Source of the DNA: Octopus sinensis
Lineage: Eukaryota
Reading direction: 5' to 3'
Assembly (NCBI RefSeq): GCF_006345805.1
Contig: NW_021833759.1
Span: forward strand, 1-55,627
Length of the DNA: 55,627 nucleotides
Of this stretch, positions 48,550 through 55,627 are shown piece after piece (the stretch's first letter is position 1; every line of letters starts with the position of its first letter). A model generated the notes under the pieces. That model was not told the DNA's origin and ran no database searches. It was given only the letters and a program-made list of their open reading frames with translations. The position numbers and the translations under genes were made by a program.

Positions 48550-49120
48550 TATGGTTGTGATGCATGTGCTTGGTGCATCCTTATCAGACGGGTAGTGTTC
48601 TTCTTCAATGCATCTTCTACTAATGGGAATATTGAACGGGCAGATGTCTTTAAACCTTTGACATCGCGACAGAGTTGACCCTGTTAAAGGCTTAAGGGCA
48701 CAGAAAGACCGAGTGAAGGTATGAAACAACGTCATTCATATATCTCAAGTTTCTATTTGAACTTAAGCTGCAAAGTTCTTGACGGGCCGCCTCCATCTGT
48801 CCTTCTGCAACGGCGCTTGCGGTGGTTTGGCCATGCATGTAGGCGTCCGGTGGGTGAACTGAGCCGTGATGTCCTTCTCCCAACTCCAATTCCCAACTTG
48901 CGGAAAAGCACGGGTGGGCAGCTGAAGACCTGGGTTACGATGATCAAGGAGGACCTCCCCGTGCTCACGGGACCGCAGGTGGTCGGCCTGCGCCGATGGG
49001 ACCGTGACTGGTTCACTATCTCCAGTGAACTGGTGCAGGACCGTCTTGCGAGGACTGCCATGGTTCGAGATGCCTCGAAGGTGGTAGAAGAGGCCGACTC
49101 AACCCGCCCAGGGTGAATGT
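48550..49120 (+). mobile_element. RTE-clade LINE 3' fragment
   Basis: YGCD(AC)AW, LQRRLRWFGHACRR..RK..GGQLKTW..IKEDL..QDR.A. Confidence 0.85.
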
Positions 49121-49407
49121 CATCACAAGTAAGAAAGTTCTTGAACAAACACGAGAAGTCATCCTGTTTGGATTCCGTCCTATGCTCTATTGTTTTCGTG
49201 ACTATTACATTATTTTCTCGAACGTGGAAGCGTGAAGATTTCTGGTTTAACTCAGAAGTATTTGGACTCAGAAAGAAAACAGCCTGAATGAATATAGCAA
49301 GACATTTAGTCCGCCTGCTCTGACGATTCTGCCACTCCACTCCTTTCGTGTACTTGTTTGTGTATATGAGCATCTTTGTATATTGTGCATCTGTATATGT
49401 ACGTGCG

Positions 49408-49690
49408 TGGAGGTGCAATGGACCAGTGGTTAGGGCAGCGGACTCGCTGTCGGAGGATCGCGGTTTCGATTCCCAGACCGGGCATTGTGTGTGTTTATTG
49501 AGTGAAAACACCCAAAGCTCCGACAGGGCGTGGTGGCGACCCCTGTTGTACTCTTTCGCCCCAACATTCTCTCACTGTTTCTTGAGGAACGCTGCGATGG
49601 ACTGGCGTCCCGTCCAGCCGGGGGGAACACATGTGCCAAAGGAACCGGGAAACCGGGCCCATGAACCTGGATAGGCTTGAAAATGGCGCA
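49408..49690 (+). mobile_element. SINE family C head with V-domain-like tail
   Basis: GTGGAGGTGCAATGGACCAGTGGTTAGGG..; GCTGCGATGGACTGGCGTCCCGTCCAG. Confidence 0.87.
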
Positions 49691-50685
49691 TAACAAAAAT
49701 ATTTACGTGCACGCTCGCTGCGTTAGGTTCTTGACGTCATGTATCTGACAAGAACAAGCTGGACACCACGCAAGAAAAAATCAGTTTAGGTTTCTGAGAC
49801 GTTCTTGGGTAAAGTTACTCAGATTACACTGACGATGCATCATCGTATTTTTTTTCTTGTTGTTTTTTTTTTTTTTTACTTTCAGCAATAAAAAGTGAAG
49901 GATTTATATTGTTTTCTGTTTTAAAAGAAGCAGCAAACAACGTGGCTAGGCATATGTTGCTTTTACGGTCGCACCACACAACCCGGAGCAAACGCTTGTT
50001 GATCACATGTGGCGCCATCATTCTTGCATCAAAGGCAACTAGACGACAGCCTAGATTAGCGAACGCACACACACACACACATACACACACACATACACAC
50101 ATACACACACACGTATAAATATATATATTTATGCACACACACACATACACTGTTATCTTAGCTAAAAGGCCGATATATATATGTAGATAAATTTATATGT
50201 AGCGAGAGAGGGATATATATATATATATAAATACACACACACGCGCGCACACAGACACACACATATATGCACGCACACTCAGGTAGGTATAATGAGTGCA
50301 TAGTTTTACTTACGTTTGTATTTCTTAACATATGTAAACACTAAACAAGAAAACCCATAAACATAGGTAATGTATTAAAAATATTTCAGAGAAGTGAATA
50401 TATAACTTCTCTGAAATATTTTTCACTAAACAATTTTTGATCTATAAAGAAAATTAAATTGAAGTTGACGCATATTTCTGCAAAATTAAAAAAAATTAAA
50501 AGAAACTCTGTATCCAAGGTGTCACAGTTACTGTTATGCAAACTAGACAGAGCAATAACCTGTATTCGAGTTTGTATATACTTTAAATAGCGATTATCTA
50601 CATGGGACAAAGATAGGTATTCCTATTCTGGTGGATGTCTAATGATATATAAGAAATCGGTTCAATCTATGCATGTTTTACTGGC

Positions 50686-50721
<36 letters not shown>

Positions 50722-51123
50722 CTTTATTGTTTAACCACACCGCTTATTACCATAATCTGGCTGCAATTGTATGTTTCTTAAAATGATATACGTAAATACG
50801 CTTAGTTACTCCAGATCATTGTGTAGTGTATTATATTAGTGCAACACTTAGATCGATCGATCGATAGATAGAGAGAGAGAGAGATTAATGCACACATAGA
50901 CAACAAAAGATTATTGTGCAAGGCAACATGCAGTGGGATTGAACCATACGTCCCCCACAGTACGAATATATTAGTGTGTATGTACACATATATATACGTG
51001 TGCATATATAATTATGTATATGCATACATATACACAGATACATATATATATATTTATACATATATATATATACGTATATATATATATATATATATACATA
51101 CACACACATATTTATATATATAT

Positions 51124-51174
<51 letters not shown>

Positions 51175-51380
51175 TATATATATGTTGTTTGTCTCCATTT
51201 ATCATCCAAAATGGAAACGATCACCATTCCTCCATATGATCGGCATGACAATTTTTTTGAGATATTATGATATTCTCCTCAACATGAAACCAATGGTAAC
51301 CTAAATAAACACACACAGACGCACACACACAAATATAGATAGACAGATAATACATATATATTCATACCCACATGTATGAG

Positions 51381-51415
<35 letters not shown>

Positions 51416-51879
51416 GTGTGTGTGTTTGTTTGTGGGAGGTGAGTGTATACTTGTGTGTAAATATGAAACTAGATAAAAATAGGCAGTTTGAGAGTGTGGG
51501 TGTTGTATTACAATTTATTTTAGTTTAGTTAACTAGGAATGTATGCGTAGGACTTGTGTTTCAACTACGTCAAAACGGCATCAAACACTACATGACGTCA
51601 AAGTTAAACGGAATGTTTCGATACTGAATGAAATTTTCTTTGCTAAGATCAACATTTCAGTAATTATACTGTGGTGGTTTGTCACTAAACTATTCGCTAA
51701 CACTGCTAAAATAACATTGCGTTGGACAGTAGCAACAACAACAGTGATTTCAATAGAAATATCAAGAAAGATTTCATACAGTTGTTTGACCTGCTGGAAG
51801 AATGTAATCAACATTGCCCTTAAATCACACTCTACCCTCTCATAAGAAGAAGACTGCTTTGTAGCAGCACTTGATTCCG

Positions 51880-52200
51880 GATTAAGGGCTCACTGTACAG
51901 TATTCTGGGCAAGTTTCCTTCTACTGTAGACCCGTGGCGACAAATGACTTGTGAGTGGGTTTATTAAATAGAGACTGTGTGGAAAACCGGAACCCCGCAA
52001 GCCGGAAGCTCTATGTGTGTGCGCGCGCATCTCTGTGTGTATGTATGCATCTCTTGTGTGTGTGTGTCCCTCATCCTCACTTGATAACCAGCGTTGGTTT
52101 GTTTACGTCCGCGTAAGAAAACAGTTTAGCAAACGAAACCGATCGAATAAGTACCAGGCTAAACCGTTCGGGGATGTACCCCAGAGTCCTGTAATTGAAA
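51880..52200 (+). mobile_element. SINE family A, highly degenerate
   Basis: TGGGCAAGT..CTTCTACT..CTTGTGAGTGG..CTTGATAACCAGCG..AATAAGTACCAGGCT. Confidence 0.6.
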
Positions 52201-52399
52201 CAAAAGTTTAAAAAATACACGATCTATTCTTACATAAATCAAAAATTAGATAGATAGTGAGCAACCAAACGAGATAGCTATGGATGGAGTGTCTTTTATC
52301 ATTGGACCAGCTCAATTAAGTCAGTGATGAGCTGGGACTATATATCGGCAAAAATAACAAAGATTATGATGTAGCTCATGACAATTTCATAAACGGGGC

Positions 52400-52554
52400 T
52401 ACGTGGTAAGAAGCTTGCTTCCCAACCACATGGTTCCCAGTTCAGTCCGACTGCATGGCACTTCTACTATAACCTTGGGCCGAATAAAGCCTTGTGAGGG
52501 AATTTGGTTGATGGAAACTGAAAGAAGCCGGTCGTGTATTTATACATATATATA

Positions 52555-52597
<43 letters not shown>

Positions 52598-52779
52598 CAA
52601 AGCAATTAAGATTCAAGTAACTTCCAATGAATTTACTTGAATGTGGTACTTAACTTAGATGCACCAGAAAAAACTATATGGTGTTATCCATACAGTAATG
52701 TGGGGTGATTATAAACGAGAAAGAAGCAACAAGAATGGATCGTACTAAAAACCAATCCATTCTTGTTGCTTCTTTCTCG

Positions 52780-52819
<40 letters not shown>

Positions 52820-53030
52820 AAGTTTATGTGTGTGTATGTATGTGTGTCTTTGTGACTGCGTTTGTCCCCAAGCACCGCTTAACAACCGGTGTTGGTGTGT
52901 TTACGTCCCTGTACCTTATCATTTCGTCAAAAGAACCCGATAGGAAAGTATCAGGTTTCAGAAAACAAATAAATAAATAAATAAAAATTCAAGTCGTTAC
53001 CCCAGCTTGGTCGCAGTCTAATGACTGAAA
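52400..53030 (+). mobile_element. SINE family A with expanded interior
   Basis: Head at 52400, 3' body at 52860-53030; about 300 bp of extra sequence between two (TA)n tracts. Confidence 0.7.
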
Positions 53031-53837
53031 CATTATTACCAACAAAGGGGAAGTAATCAATTGAAATTACGAGAGTATATTAAGTTATCAACCCTTGTTT
53101 AAACCACAGGGCTTTCGTCAGCTTGAAATAAAGCACTCCCTAATTAGTTTCCACTTCATACAGAAGTTTTTTTTTCGAATCACTGCCGGATGTAAGCCTC
53201 AATACATCGTTCCCGAATTATCTATGCTTGTTGTGTTTCTAGCTGCATGTGGTACCTACGTGTACGTTGGACAGGATGCACACATCCCAGAATTATTAAT
53301 CCTGGTCGATGGAACCCAGAGTAGGAACTCGAAGAGACTGCAATTTTTTGTTTGTTTGGTTTTTTTTTTGATTTGGCGTTCTAAGAATTTTGCCAATTTA
53401 CGACCCTGGATTGATTTATTTAAAAGCTAGCCTGAATTTATGAAAAGCAAAGTTGAACTCACCTTGACTTGAACACAAAGCGAGATGAACCGATGTGAAA
53501 ACAGCGAGGTATTGTATCCGACGTTATCTCAATTTTAAGAGTTTTCCGCCATTGACTAGTTTCGACTACCATTAAGCACTCATCAGGGATCGCTTTACGC
53601 ACTCGTCCAAGGTTTGGAAGTTAAGAAGCATGATTAGTGATTAAATTGCGTTATACCGTGATATCATTTATATTTTCCATAAACATATCTATGTTCCTAT
53701 GTTCAAACGTTCACTGATGAATCTTCTATTGTAATACGAAACTAGTCACTTCGCTATTCATTGCAACCTGCCAAATGCAATTTTACTTTTAATCGCGGTG
53801 ATCATTTTCACAACGAAACTAAATGTTCGTACGTTGT

Positions 53838-54005
53838 AGGCGCAGGCGTAGCTGTGTGGTAAGAAGCATGCTTCCCAGCCACATGGCTCCGAGTTCAATC
53901 TCTCTGCGTGGCATCTTGGGCAAGAGTCTTCTAGTATAGCCTCGGGTCGACCAAAGCCTTGTAAGTGGATTGTTTGACGAGAATTGAAAGAAGCCTGCCG
54001 TATAT
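53838..54005 (+). mobile_element. SINE family A, 5' half
   Basis: GGCGCAGGCGTAGCTGTGTGGTAAGAAG..GAAAGAAGCC; ends at the internal microsatellite. Confidence 0.8.
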
Positions 54006-54043
54006 GATATATATATATATATATATATTATATTATATATATA

Positions 54044-54314
54044 TAAAACATTACGTTATATAATTAGGGTTCAGTAAAATAATTACTTTTCCACATACTG
54101 AACTTTTAGAAATAGCAGCCAAAAAATCTTAGCTATTTCTTCTACTATAAGAAAAATCTCCCATACATGTCTGGGAGATTTTTCTTATAGTAGAAGAAAA
54201 GCTAGATTTTTTGATTTTGTTTTGGCTATTTCTAAAATGCTTCAGTTGTAGTCACAGATTATGTAGAAAAGTATTATTTTACTCTGAACCCTAATTATAT
54301 AACGTAATGTTTTA
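54044..54314. mobile_element. Older palindromic MITE
   Basis: Arms AAAACATTACGTTATATAATTAGGGTTCAG.. and reverse complement; centre CTCCCA-TACATGTC-TGGGAG; diverged middle. Confidence 0.75.
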
Positions 54315-54400
54315 AATATACCTCAAATGGTCCTCTTACATACTGAGCACAACTTGGTAAAATTAATTATAATTAATTGATTTTAGCCTTTTATTATTGA

Positions 54401-54452
<52 letters not shown>

Positions 54453-54736
54453 GTAAAATATATAGGGTGGCGAATATATTTAGAAATTTCACCGCCTAGC
54501 ATGTATAAAAAAATCAATAGACAACATATTCTCAATATAAAAAAGTGTACATTTAAACACAAGAGAAAACTACCTTTAACAGGTAATTTTTACATGCTAG
54601 AAGAAGCTGTCGAAACGACCAAGACCACATTTAAGGGCAATTTTCGAAGGGAATGAAAAATAAAAACTTTTTCCTTGATATTTTTTTACGGTTATTTTTT
54701 AAAGGTAGTTTTCTCTTGTGTAGAAATGTACACTAT

Positions 54737-54789
<53 letters not shown>

Positions 54790-54994
54790 TGTATGGATTC
54801 GACGCCATTTTATCCAGGAATCAAGTGATTACAGAAAACGGGTGGCTTTATATATTTGCTACACTTATAAATCGACTGAAAGCCTATGTACGTACACACA
54901 CACACCGCATGCACACACGCATGCACACACACTCGCACACACACGCACATACAAATGTGTTAAGTAGATAGGTAGGAAGACGGAGAGGAAGAAT

Positions 54995-55086
<92 letters not shown>
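54995..55086. repeat. (GATA)n
   Basis: Direct inspection. Confidence 0.95.
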
Positions 55087-55087
<1 letters not shown>

Positions 55088-55627
55088 TGGTAAGTGTATG
55101 CGCAGATACATATCGACATGAAAGATGAGAAGCGTTAGAATCCAGGGATACAGTGTTTATGCCTGAATATGTTTATGTATATAATGTCTGGAGATTTGAT
55201 GACTCTTCAATGTTTATTTTTGATAAAAACAAAACAACTAACAATAGAGTACGATAGGAATTGAATTATTTGATAGGATTCCAAGTTACCACACAGAACA
55301 TTCAATGTTGATATTACAATCACAGATGATGCACTCGTAAATTCATTTAACTGTTGTTAATCAGATAATTATTTTCGCCAAAACGTTTTGATTCAGCAAC
55401 CAGTACGATGGATATCCAAATATGTTTGAACCCATTTTTTCTGCGAAAGACGATATTATCCTTAGAGAAACAGAAGTAAATTATGAAGGAAATGTAAAGA
55501 ATATTTGTTTTCAATTAACCAATGTTACTAATAGATTATCATAAGGCCACAGAATCGTTAGGAAGTCAGAAATAATTTGCGTTATTTGTTCTGGGTTTTT
55601 AATCTCTAAGTTCAAATCTCACCGAGG

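Noticed and set aside
51581-51845. Overlapping ORFs and a signal-peptide-like MKSFLIFLLKSLLLLLL
   Set aside because: Leucine run comes from a (CAA)n repeat; ends in a stop with only a poor donor site
54590-54630. CTAGAAGAAGCTGTCGAAACGACC as a further hammerhead
   Set aside because: Core, stem II and triplet all deviate; too degenerate to support
3532-55111. Dozens of ORFs rich in YI, HT, CV, MYVC, poly-I, poly-S or poly-E/K
   Set aside because: They are translations of di-, tri- and tetranucleotide microsatellites that lack stop codons

Overview
Eukaryotic, AT-rich, repeat-dominated DNA with no confidently identifiable host gene and no prokaryotic features. The SINE repertoire and microsatellite load suggest an octopus/coleoid cephalopod genome (inference, not a database match). 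Contents: one nearly complete Penelope-like retroelement (RT plus C-terminal GIY-YIG, tandem and inverted pseudo-LTRs, 35551-39262); one near-intact DD34D mariner (8819-10107); several decayed Tc1/mariner elements and MITEs; CR1 and RTE LINE fragments; three tRNA-derived SINE groups; an 11-unit 150-bp tandem array; long palindromes; and very many microsatellites, which explain most of the ORF track. The most notable signal is at least 12 hammerhead-ribozyme-like motifs in six sequence families, carried by the Penelope pseudo-LTRs and by short microsatellite-embedded non-autonomous elements. Two non-canonical cores recur (CCGANGA and CUGUNGA), and one duplication begins at a predicted cleavage site. 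All ribozyme calls are by-eye folds; none is tested. SINE and LINE fragment boundaries are approximate.
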